Of a stretch of DNA of 64,000 nt, positions 39,372-50,751 are shown piece after piece (the first letter of the stretch is position 1; each line of letters begins with the position of its first letter). The notes under the pieces are model-generated. The model saw nothing but the letters and a program-made list of their open reading frames with translations, was not told the DNA's origin and did no database searches. A program made the translations under genes and the position numbers. The stretch lies in NCBI GenBank assembly GCA_965637545.1, contig OZ281501.1:7502001-7566000 (forward strand), given 5' to 3'. Source of the DNA: Phallusia mammillata (taxonomy: Eukaryota).

Positions 39372-42163
39372 CTATTTACCTGGAGAATTGACTTTTTCTG
39401 TTAGGAATTCCACTTGCTTTTCCAAATCCAACTTTTTCATCATAAATTCTTCTGCTGTTGCATCTGGAGTTTCTGAAATCCATTCTTCTTTCTCATTGCA
39501 AGATCCAATAGCAGTTGACTGAAATATTAGCAAAATATTTAAGTGATTAAACAAACATTTTGCACATATTGGAGCATTGTCGAAAGTTGGCTTGATTTTA
39601 TTTATTTAGCTGAAAAATCATCAACACACATTATTTTAGTCATACAAAAACGACAAGCTGTTAATAGCTCTTTTTCTTTTTGAGATGTTTTTGTTTAGCA
39701 TTGTATTTCATGTGCAAGTCATTGCTCCGTTTGATGACACTTTTTAATTGAAAGGCTGGCTAACACTCTACAAAGTTATTTCTGTACATGGCAAAATATT
39801 TATTGAGCCCAAACATGTACAGTTGACAAATATAATCATGAAATATGATTTATTTATTTTTAACATTTACTAAACAAAATATCACAGATAAATTGTACCT
39901 TTTCTTCCTTGGACAGTTTAACACCTTGTAATTTTTCAGGATCTGCAATCATTTCCCGAATGTGAGCTATGAATTGGACTAATGTCATCTTCGCAGCTAA
40001 AATACACGAAAGGGTCAAATTGCATTTAACCAATACTACAAACATAAACATAATTACTTGTGGTAATACAATCTCTTAAAAATCACCCTGTCTTATCTGC
40101 TTCACTACCTGACCTAATATTATAAACATTTGCACCAAAACTGAAAGCTGAACTCAAATGCAAGTTTATTGGGGTTTGGAAAAAAACGTTTGTTAAACTT
40201 CCTCTGCCTAATAGACTTCAATTGTAATGAAACTCTCATCTCTTCTTCTTAACAGGCTTTTTTTCTTGTTCTACAGCCTTTTCTGTTGCTGAAACGAAAA
40301 CAAAGCTTCATAACCTTTTGGAAACATAACAAACCTAAACCAACATTTTATAAGATAAAGAAACAGTTTAAAGAAATTGACACCACCCTGCATAATTCAA
40401 ACAAAAGTGTTTAATCCCATACCTGCCCAGTCCAAAAATTCAATACTTGGTTTCTTTTCATATCGAACAGCTATTTGTTTGGGATTTTCTCCATGGCAAG
40501 ACCTTGCCTCAATGCTTGCTCCAGCCTCAAACAATGCCTCAAGACATGATACTTGCCCCCAGGATGCAGCAAAATGCATTGGAGTGTAACCTGAAAAGTT
40601 AAACCACACATTATACACAACATATTTACATGTATTTGTGGTTTAACATACAGTGCCGGATTGCGGCTGTACAACCACATGCACTAGCACATACAAACAT
40701 ATTCAATAATATGCAGAAATATAAAAAATATGCATAGTAGTGGATGAGCATTGATAAATATTTGGCTTTTAAATGTGGTCGGAGAATCCTTTTTTTATCC
40801 AGAAAGATTAAGTCTAATTTACAAGTTTTATCAAAGCTAAAGGTTTTAGTTGTTTAAGTCACAGCCATAGGCGCCGAGTTTTACAAAAATGCAGATGGCA
40901 AACGTAAAACTAATGAGTGCAATCACAAGAACTCAAAGTCCAATAAACTTCCTACAGAATGCAGAATTTGCCATAATTTAGAAAAAAACAAAACACGATA
41001 TGTTTGAAATAACGTTTGTCATTGTTTAGCAACGTTTAAAACTGTTTCATCAAGTTGTTGCTGCTTTATATCCTGAGATAACCATTATTATAACACATTC
41101 GCATTGTACACAATAATGACCAAACATTTACTGACAGACAATTCTGTGTTTGACGTCATAAACAAGGCACTATAACCTAAGCATGTTGCCATTTTAAGCC
41201 AGGTTTTGTGGGTATTTTGCCAATACGCTCGTTTAAAAGCATAATTGTTCCTAAATTTTTTTTAATTTGACCACATTTCATACGATACAGCTACAAACAA
41301 ACCAAAATATCCATGGTGGCCGCCACCGTGCTTTACAAAACCAAGGTGGTGGCGCCACCCCGCCACCGCTTACTCAGCGCCTATGGTCACAGCAATAGTA
41401 CCTGAGGGGCTTGCTTGGTTTGGGTCAGCTCCTCGTTTTATTAGATCTTTCAAAATATCCACCCTTCCCAACATACTTGCCAACTCAAGGGGTGTTTTGC
41501 CAAGTTTGACACGCTGAGTTAACAATTCTGCTGCATTATCATGGTTAGCATCATCAGGATTCGTAAAGACACTGAAAAATTTAAGTATTCTTAAACCAGA
41601 TAAAAAAGTGACATAATCAAATTGGTGCTCAATTAAAAACTAATGAATCAGTGAAACATACAGGAACACCATACTGTTCTGTTCACTGTTTTAGAGCTGA
41701 CCCATATAACACTGATAAGCATTATGCTAATGTTAGTAAATGTCATCATAAAAGGCTTTGCTTTTGTCATCTTTTAGGTTCTGCCTAATCATCATAAAAG
41801 GCAGAACCTAAAAGATGACAAAAGCAAAAGATATTACAACTGCTAAAAAGTGATAAATCCATAGGTCATTCATTGCAACACAACAATTACCTATCCAAAA
41901 TTATACAGGAAGTAAGCATGTATTCAATGACCAAAATATTGAAGAAACATTTTTTGGAAATTGTGAAAACAAAACACTCAAGCTAATCTTTGTAAAACAG
42001 CTTGTTTACAATACAATATCCCAACCCAAACATAAAAATCACACCTGTTGAGGCGTTCCAAATCATCATGCAAAGTACAATGCATTATAACATTTTCTCC
42101 ATCAAACTCTTCTTGGGCAGTTTGTTCATTTTCTTCTACAGCTTCGACGTCACCAGCCGTCAT
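39372..42163 (-). CDS. ANKRD45: ANKRD45-like ankyrin repeat protein, about 233 aa
   Basis: Exons 42163-42045, 41571-41402, 40590-40423, 39996-39899, 39518-39372, all phase-consistent. GKTPLELASMLG, GYTPMHFAASWGQVSCLEAL, IEFLDWAA, KLSKEEK and SCNEKEEWI align with recalled human ANKRD45 (GYTLLHCAAAWG, VEFLDWADA, KLLKEDK, ACRAKNEWL). Confidence 0.9.
40236..40288 (-). CDS. Alternative terminal exon of the ANKRD45-like gene (ATEKAVEQEKKPVKKKR*)
   Basis: Strong acceptor ttcgtttcag, phase 1 matching exon 3, TGA at 40238-40236, AATAAA on the minus strand at 40170-40165. Confidence 0.6.
40866..41385. mobile_element. Non-autonomous hAT-type element, 520 bp
   Basis: Termini CATAGGCGC / GCGCCTATG with a perfect 8-bp TSD GTCACAGC (40858-40865 and 41386-41393). 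Confidence 0.85.
41757..41828. repeat. Perfect 30-bp inverted repeat with 12-nt loop
   Basis: TTTGCTTTTGTCATCTTTTAGGTTCTGCCT (41757-41786) is the exact reverse complement of 41799-41828. Confidence 0.95.
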
Positions 42164-42501
42164 TATAACTTACCAGTGCAAAAGTCACAAAACAAAAGTT
42201 GAAACGCACTTAAACAAAACACGAAAATAATAACAAATAAACGAACTACACGTGAGGATAAAATCGTAGTACGTTTACTGGTAAACACAGCTAATTCAAA
42301 CATAAAAGTAGTTTAAGAAGTGTTTACTATCCAATCAAAGCAAGAGGGAATTTATTTAGGTTTCCAAACACAAACGAAAGTGCAGGGAATTTCCCGCAAA
42401 TTCTGTTGCTATGTACAATTCCACTAAGCGCCGCTATAACCTATAAAAAAATTACATTGGGGTAAAATATGACTTCAAATCACATTTGGAAAGCTACTTA
42501 T

Positions 42502-42845
42502 AAGCTGTGGTTCGATTCAGCCGGTTCGCACCGGCTCTACAGAACCGTCTCACGAAATTTTATGAGATCAATGAACCGGTTTGCATTACTGGTTACTGTC
42601 AATGAAATTTTGTAACTGAACCGGCTGAAAAATATGACTTTTGTAACAGAACCGGCTGACAAAAAAGCTGTGGTTCGATTCAGCCGGTTCGCACCGGCTC
42701 TACAGAACCGTCTCACGAAATTTTATGAGATCAATGAACCGGTTTGCATTACTGGTTACTGTCAATGAAATTTTGTAACTGAACCGGCTGAAAAATATGA
42801 CTTTTGTAACAGAACCGGCTGACAAAAAATTGAATTCCACCACTG
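42502..42845. mobile_element. hAT-type MITE with internal 163-bp tandem duplication
   Basis: Two apparently identical 163-bp units starting at 42502 and 42665; right TIR TGAATTCCACCACTG; same family as 49416-49595; left TIR degenerate. Confidence 0.8.
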
Positions 42846-43097
42846 CATATTAAGTATTTGCATGAGCTACATCAATTGCCCTATTAACGTTTCTGGTTTA
42901 AACCAGACCAAAACTTCCCGCATTGTTTATTACAATAAAAACGGAAGCACCAATAAGGAAATGTAACAAATACGTCGTAGGCTACAGGTGTGCAAGAGAT
43001 ATACACACGAATAAAACGTAAGAAAATATTACTAGCGCTATTTAGTCACTGTAAGGTACTGGGGCTGATGCAGACCCAAATCCATACACAAGGAAGA

Positions 43098-45114
43098 ATG
43101 AAATTTTTAGGAATGTTAAGTAAGTATTTTGTAAATTATGGAAAGTTGAACACTTTTACACTTTTGTGCTGTTTAGGCTTAGTTGTGTTTGTGAGTGGAT
43201 TTATGCTGTGCTGTGGAACACCTATGAATAGAAGACTGAAAGATATTTGCGAAGAGCTTTTACGTTTGGGTTCTGCTTCTAATGCTTCCATAAACGAAAT
43301 CAACCAATGTCGAGGTATAAGAAATCGCATGTCTACATATTTACTTTAATCTTGCATTTAGCTGTTTTGTTGCATGATTTTAAAACAATAACTTCAAACG
43401 ATCTTTTTTAAAACAATAAAAATTGCTTTGTTTAAGACTTTCCTTGTTTTGTTCCAAATACCAAATAAGAGCTTGTCATTTATTTTGTTTTAGACTATAT
43501 GCCCGATCATGGGTACAATCCCTGCCTTCCATTTGAATGTTATGATATGCCGCCATGCGATTTTGGTTACAGCGTTGACGAACTTGGATGCAAGATATGC
43601 CGATGCAACAGTAAGTACCTGCAAAAATTCCCTGCATACTATTTTTTTATGTACAAAACAAATCGTTGTTAATACTGTTTATATTTTTTTTAAATGAGCC
43701 GATAAAAATGAATTTGTTTTTGTTTTTTTGTGTAACACAGCTGTTTACAACGGTGATATCCAGTTGACTATGAAGTCTCAAGACCGCCTCAATCGGTTGC
43801 TTGGCACTGCACGCAATTCCGCTGGGGGCCAAAAGGAACAGTTGTTATGGGACAAGAACTACGATTCTGTCAAGGGCACCTACACAATTAAATTCACTCT
43901 GGAACGATCCTTAGGTACAGATGTTTTTTTGTTTTTGTGAATAAACGTGGTAGTAAAATATATGTTTGTTGGTCATAGTATTTTAAGATATTGGACGTTT
44001 TATTCTTGGAAAAAAAATTATAACATGTATGTTCTACAATAGGTGATAAGGTTACCCCATATTCTCTTATGTATAGTGCACTGTTTCGAAACCAGTTGTG
44101 TATTTGATGCGAAAAAGGTTAAATATAAAGGTCATTGTTACAGGTTATTGGTATACTTTTATTTCATAAAGAGAATTGAAAAATTTTTCGTTTCTCTTTA
44201 GAACCTTCGGCCGTGACAGCAATCTTGTCAGCTATGAGTGAAATTTCATCGACCACTTGCATCAGCTTCAGGCACTTGCGCAGTAACGATTATCACCTTG
44301 CATTCACTGGAGGTTTGGGTTGTTTTTCTAAGCTGGGAAGAAGTGGCGAAGGAGACAATCAAGAAGTAAGGCAATAACTAAGCTTGTGTAAAATATATTT
44401 TTTGCCTCATGCAAATGTTTTTATTTATTTTTTCCAGATTCGCATTGGTAGTGGTTGCGGAACGAAAGGCCGAGTATTGCATGAAATAATGCATGCTCTT
44501 GGTTTTTGGCATGAACACACGCGTCCTGACAGAGATGAACACATCAGGATTCATTGGCAAAACATTCAAATGGGTAATTAACCAGTTAAACAAAATTTTA
44601 TTTATAGCAATATATTTTTCAACATTAGAAATTATTGCTTACACGTGGAAACCACTTAATGAGATAATTGTTTTCATTTTCTACGATTTGTTTGCAAACA
44701 ACGCTCAATATTGTATACGCCTGGTGACACTAAAGAGTACATATGACGCCATTTTGGTCATTGTTAAGCGTTTGGTGAAATAACAATGCAAATTTACTTT
44801 AGATCAGCTTCGGAATTTTTTGGTTCGCGACCAGCTGGAAGTTGATGTATCGGAGTCCACTTATGACGTCACAAGCGTTATGCAGTACGATTCATACGCG
44901 TTTTCGAAAAACGGTCGGCCAACCATGACGGATTTGTCAGGAAACGTCATCAGTAGACAGGTAATGTGACGTAACAAAGACGTTTTCCGTTTGTGGTACA
45001 AGTTCACTAAGGGTTAATAACGAATGACTAACCCCATTGTGTGTTTAGAATGAAGACCTTTCTGAGCAAGACATCAAACGCATCAACCTTCTCTACAAAT
45101 GTCCTAACCATTAA
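43098..45114 (+). CDS. Secreted astacin (M12A) metalloprotease with antistasin-like module in the prodomain, 324 aa
   Basis: Exons 43098-43119, 43177-43314, 43494-43610, 43741-43914, 44202-44365, 44438-44573, 44803-44960, 45049-45114 total 975 nt. Signal peptide; YNGDI aspartate-switch motif; [19 protein letters not shown] zinc signature; Met-turn SVMQY; terminal INLLYKC. Confidence 0.95.
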
Positions 45115-45673
45115 TGGGACAGTAAAGACATTTTTTGCTGTTTAATTTTAACAAATACTGTGTAAATACATATGCAGTCAATAAGTTGTGTTGGGTTTGT
45201 TTACCAGTTTGGAGCAATACAATTCCCAAGATTAGGTTCTTAAAATAGCTGCAGAAATTCCAAATCCACTTTCAATTAGGAAACAATTTAAAGCGTTTTA
45301 CCAATTGTGACCTCAAGACATTTCGCTTATTGTTCGTTGAAAAGTTTAAGCTGCGTCACTATGCTGGTATTTCCAATAAAGATTGGTTCCAATTCGACCT
45401 TGAAGTTTGGTTTCGATATTCACCTTGACAAACGCAGACTTTGGCCAAGCAAGGGAAATAATGAAAAACGCATTTTGGTTGTCAAAGCAAAGCACCATAG
45501 CAAAATAGGTTGCAGACCTTTTTGCCACTAGACTGTCAAGCAAGAAAATATATTTCTGTAGATTATACTGAGTCTTTACATATCAAACTTTGTCAGTAAC
45601 AGATACTTACGTTTTTGCCGATTTTCAGCAGGCATAAATTTCTTTCAGATCAGCCCAGTATCAAGATAATAAA

Positions 45674-47017
45674 ATGAAGATCGCTTTGTTGGTTGTGTTC
45701 GCTGGTGTCTTTTTGGTTTGCAGCTGTGGCGGGTTTCCTACTGGGCAAGGTATACTGATAATTAAATTAGGTTAAGTCATGTACTCACTTAGTAGAACTT
45801 AACCAACGACTAATCGAAAACCAGCAAGCTAAAATGATCTGGTCTACGATCTTCTTGTCAAAACCAGAAAGAAACTTTGTTAAAAAGCGCTGATCATTGG
45901 GTTGAACCGAAACAAATTAACGTTTCATTTGTAACAATGACTAATCGCTGTATGGGTTTAAGAGGGAAGTCAAAATAGTCAATGATGGGAAAAGATGAAT
46001 GGTTATTATAAGTACATTTCCCTTGCAGATACCATTTTTTCCTAAACAACTGAGTGCATGGGCGCCGGCAGAACATTTTTAAAAGGGGGGAAATTTTAAC
46101 AAATCCGTGCAATGTCAAATAATTATGTGCAGATAGGCATAATTGTGCCCTCTTTTGCCCTTACGTGCCGGCTCCCGTAACTGAATTTGAATTACTTTTC
46201 TAATATATTCGTTTCACAAATTTGGACTTTTTGTAATGATATTGTATTTTAGGCATGGAAGATGCGGGGCATGAGGACGACAGACGACTATTTTTAAGCA
46301 AACTGAAAGCCTACATGTCACGTTGGAACGTGGAGACTCTACAAGCAATAAAGTAAATCAATTACATCAGTGTTGTGCGACCCTCAAAACTTAAGCGTTA
46401 AACAAAATTAACAATATTTGACCGCTGGCGCACCTTCCTATAACAGAAGTTTACTTTGCTGTGCCGCGTATTAAACACGCGTATTGTGTTGATAGCTAGC
46501 AATGAAATTGGTTCTAGCCTTATTATTAGATCGCAGTGTACAATATACACTAATTTGTACAGTAACATAAAATATTTACACTTGCATGCTTGGACTACAA
46601 CAATTCTTTACACTAAAAAATATCATTTTGGCCGTTGATAAATATACTTGCCCAACCGTTTCCAACTTATAATTGGTGACTTTTTTATTAACTATTAAAT
46701 TAGATTTGTCAATGTTTCAAAGAGTGACTTTTCAAAAAACTAAAAAAATGTAAAATAATAAAAACATCACAAAAAATCGACCGGTACGACTCGGAGTAAA
46801 AAACACTTATCCACATCAACGACGAAGGAGTCTTACGTAATGTTTGCCGTTGTAATCACTAAATATCTCGTTTGCTTTGTACAGAACGAAAATTACCGAA
46901 TTGATAGCCGAAAACCATATCCAGGAATCTGCAGCCAGCTTGCTTAAGGCAGGTAAAAAAGTCGCCCAAGATGCAATCGATAGACTGAGGAGCACCGCAC
47001 ATGCAGAGGACCACTAG
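45674..47017 (+). CDS. Small secreted amphipathic-helix protein A (apolipoprotein-like), 102 aa
   Basis: Exons 45674-45749, 46253-46352, 46885-47017 (intron phases 1 and 2); AATAAA at 47094. MKIALLVVFAGVFLVCSCGG-FPTGQGMEDAGHEDDRRLFLSKLKAYMSRWNVETLQAIKTKITELIAENHIQESAASLLKAGKKVAQDAIDRLRSTAHAEDH. The gene model is supported by paralogy; the product assignment is inference. Confidence 0.88.
46057..46179. mobile_element. Degenerate hAT-type MITE in intron of gene A
   Basis: Imperfect termini CATGGGCGCCGGCA / TGCCGGCTCCCGTA; flanks ACTGAGTG and ACTGAATT (6/8 match). Confidence 0.5.
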
Positions 47018-47368
47018 AGAATTCTCGTGGTGGTTACTTTAACACACTCATCATTGATTGTAATCTCTCATGTTTCATAATATGTTAATCACAAATAAAC
47101 AAAGATTGTAATTACCCTTTTGGAGTTTTAAGTTCTCAGAGGTATCACAGTTATGAATTTAGGGCTACTTAAAGCATATATTGTCGCAAACTTTACAAAA
47201 GGCTCGTGACAAACCACCATGCCTCAATACCAACACAACTACTTTGCAGCAGTCAGAGAAACAGCCCAACTTACAAATTGGCGACAGACTATTTACTGAA
47301 GGTTAAACGCTAGAAGCGCTTTTCGGTGTGATCGACGTTTCACAAATTGATTACCCTGCAGGAAAAAT

Positions 47369-47533
47369 CAGTGCCGGATTAAGGGTCTGCTGGCCTGTAG
47401 GCACATTTTATAAGTGGCCCGAAAATCAGGGTTGCCAAATCATTGTCACAAAGATCGTTGTTGCAAAGTGGCCTGGATTTTTGACTGGCCTGTAGGCACG
47501 TGCCTACTTTGCCTAATGGTTGATCCAGCACTG
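47369..47533. mobile_element. hAT-type MITE, 165 bp
   Basis: Termini CAGTGCCGGATT / GATCCAGCACTG with a perfect 8-bp TSD GGAAAAAT. Confidence 0.85.
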
Positions 47534-48679
47534 GGAAAAATAGCACAAACTAAAGCCACAATGTACACTTGAGCAGTTAACTTGTCTGTAAAACAGCAAG
47601 GAAACAAAAACGTTCCACAATAATAAATGTAGCATGCAACAAATATGTTACAAAACCAAAATGTCTCAGTAGCGTGTTAGTTGTCGATTACTTTTTCCCA
47701 TTCAATGTGAGGTCATTTGGGCCTTATGATAAAATGTCTTCAGCGACATTGCCAATCAGTGCTGTGATTGTATTGTGGCGCATAAACGCACCAGTCTTGG
47801 AAAAATATGACGCCATCATCTACTTAGAAAACATGTAAGTCCGTTGTTAGCTTTGAGGTAAAAATTGTTTTAGTTCATGTTTACCTCTGTGGTTTAATAT
47901 TTTAAACATTTGAAATAAGCTTCACAAAAATATATTAAAGTAAATATATAAAAGTTCCGTAAATTAGGAACGTTGACATTTTTATGGCGTCAGAAGTAAT
48001 ATAAGTTTTTAAACGGTGAGCATACAATAACCCAAAAATGTATCGCTTAACTATTACTTTACCTATCTCTAAAGTTAATGGAAGTAACACAGGTATCAGC
48101 CTAAAGCAATTTCTGCTAATATTTATCAAAGTATATTGTAAATACTTCGGCAGTCAGACATATGCGTTGATTTTGTGGTCAGTGTGGTACGACAGAAACA
48201 CCGATTTCAACGTCCAAACAGCCTTTTACTATTCCAAAGTTCACATTTTAACAGGAAACAAAATATGGTGTCACCAGTAGTAAACCCCAAACCTATGGTG
48301 CCACTTCTGCACTTCAAGTCTGGAGAAAAGTTAAAGTTGCGACACATTTGAAAAGATTGTTTGTGCAATTGAGATTTGTGCCCATTCGACTTTGATTAGT
48401 CAGTAGTTCGCTTATCGCTTTCACAAACACGGACTTTGGTCAAGCAGAGCAATCAAGCAAGAAGCCTTTGTTTCGTGAACTGCACAGATGAAAACAAGTG
48501 CGAAACAGATTACAGATACTTTTGACACTCGTCTACCAAAGAACTGCAAGTCTTATTCAGTGAGCGATGTTTAGACAGCAACTTATGTCAGTAGCAAGGT
48601 ATACTTATGCCTAATGTATTTTGTGTATCCTAACAGGCATTTATCACTTTTTAATTGGAAGTACCACTGAGAACATATA

Positions 48680-49963
48680 ATGAAGATTGCCGTTTTGGTG
48701 CTGTTTGTTGGTCTTTTCTTGGTTTGCAACACTGTTGCTTTTCCTGTCGGTGAAGGTAAGGTTTGGTGTGAATATACGTAGTTAAACAGATTTTCCTTCA
48801 TGAAAAGCCAACGTTTTTGGCGAAATCCAAACAACATTTTAAAAATATTAATTTTGCACCAAGAAGTTTGCTTTAAACGAAATATGTGCAGCGATTGGAT
48901 TAAACAAAAATTAGCTGGTTCATCCCAAGTAACTACTAATTTAAACTTAATGTGATTAGATTGCTTAACAGGTAGTTTGTTTGTTTTAGATGTCGAAGTG
49001 GCGGGTGGAGAAGAAGATAGTGGCAGTCTGTGGGGAAGACTGAAGTCCTATATATCGGGATGGGATGTTGAAACACTTCAAAACCATGCGGCTAAAGTAA
49101 AGTAAGAAATATAACATATACAATGCAGTAGTGGGATTCAAATTTTTTGTCAGCCGGTTCTATCACAAAAGTCATATTTTTTCAGTCGGTTCTGTTGCAA
49201 AAAAGTCCATTGGCAGTAACCAGTGATTCTAACCGGTTCGCTGATCTCATAAAATTTCGTAAGACGGTTCATCAGTGATATGATGGCCCTACAGTTGGAC
49301 AAGCATGTCGCTTTTTACGTCTACGTTATTTTCATCATTAAACTTATGATCAGATCCGTATAGTGTTCCATTTTCTTATTTATATATAGGTTGTTTTATT
49401 TTATATATATATGACCACTGGTGGGATTCAGCCGGTTCGCACCGGTTCTATAGAACCGTCTCACCAAATTTCATGAGATCAGCGAACCGGTTAGCATTAC
49501 TGGTTACTGTCAATGGGCTTTTTGTTACAGAACCGACTGAAAAATATGACTTTTGTGAGAGAACCGGCTGACAAAAAAATTGAATCCCACCACTGCATAT
49601 GACCCAATTCTATCTTAGGATGCTTAACATGTAAGACTAAAGCGATTTATGGACGAGCTTCGTGTTATTAACAGATGTTTCCATACCCTCTTTAAAATTT
49701 TAAAACAGCATACACAACAACTTTTACTAATTTTTTCTCCTAATGACCCAATTCAACCAACATAACCTTTTCACCCTAATAGCTTCCGAACCCCGAACCA
49801 AATCACTAATGAATATTTATAATACAGAGCCAAAATTACGGAGTTAGTGGCTGACAGCAATGTCCAAGCATCGGCAGCCGACCTATATAGGGCTGCGAAG
49901 AAACTTGCCAAAGATACTTACGTGAAACTCAGCGGCACCAATGCTGAAATTGTGGAACCATAA
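48680..49963 (+). CDS. Small secreted amphipathic-helix protein B (apolipoprotein-like), 107 aa
   Basis: Exons 48680-48755, 48990-49101, 49828-49963 (phases 1 and 2); AATAAA at 50043. MKIAVLVLFVGLFLVCNTVA-FPVGEDVEVAGGEEDSGSLWGRLKSYISGWDVETLQNHAAKVKAKITELVADSNVQASAADLYRAAKKLAKDTYVKLSGTNAEIVEP. Confidence 0.88.
49126..49270 (-). mobile_element. Truncated inverted copy of hAT MITE
   Basis: Reverse complement of 49453-49595 with scattered mismatches; begins CAGTAGTGGGATTCA. Confidence 0.8.
49416..49595. mobile_element. hAT-type MITE, 180 bp
   Basis: TIRs CACTGGTGGGATTCA / TGAATCCCACCACTG; TSD TATATGAC / CATATGAC (7/8). Confidence 0.85.
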
Positions 49964-50679
49964 AGGCCGAGATTGGATGGCAGATTTATCATACTTTTTA
50001 TAATTTGTCACGCCCTCATGTCCTAAGAAAATGTTAGTCATGAATAAACAAGCTTTGTAATTATTTTGTGTGTCAGTTTGCAAATAGAAACTCACACCTA
50101 TAAAAATTTAAGGTGTGTTTAAGGCGGTAGTGGCCTAAAGTTTTTGAATTGTACAATACAGCCTTTAAACAATTGATATGGGCCGGCGTAGCCCTCGCAT
50201 TTCGCAAGACTTTAAAGCAAGAAAAACTGTCAGCGGTTGATCATTTCTGGATTGCGCAATGCTGGTGAAAACAACGGTAATTGTCAATTGATAAAATATT
50301 AACATGTCTCAAAATGGTAACATATCAAGTCATTGTTTTGTAAAGATTATGGCGTAGGCGTACATTGATTGCGAAATGCAGACGTAGACAAATATCGCAA
50401 GCATGAGTATTTAGACAAATGGGTAAACAAATACCCGTTTCAGTGCCAAACTAATCATTATGAAATCATTGAGTCAATACATTATAAGTACTGTGTAAAC
50501 AATGCGCTCTGTTTCTACCTAAAAAGTATCTGAAGTGAAAAAAATGTCCAAACCAGCGCAAATTCCAATTCAGTTTACACATGAGTGAAAATGATGATAA
50601 GGGCCTCTATATTTCATGTTAGTCAAATGGATTTCTTCATTCCACAAATTGCGACATGCTTCAAGCGCGTGCAACTTAC

Positions 50680-50751
50680 AGTGACAATTCGATTGCAACA
50701 GGACTGGGTCAAACTGTTGTAAGCAGCGTTTCCACAACACCGATCGCCGAA
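50680..50751 (-). other. Orphan galaxin-repeat exon (FGDRCCGNAAYNSLTQSCCNRIVT)
   Basis: Intact acceptor (cacatatag), 72-nt open frame and GTAAGT donor; 7 differences in 72 nt from the cassette exon at 57000-56929; lies 1.7 kb beyond the galaxin stop. Confidence 0.75.

Noticed and set aside
40651-40687. CAGTGCCGGATT matching the left TIR of the 47369 MITE
   Set aside because: No convincing right TIR or TSD.
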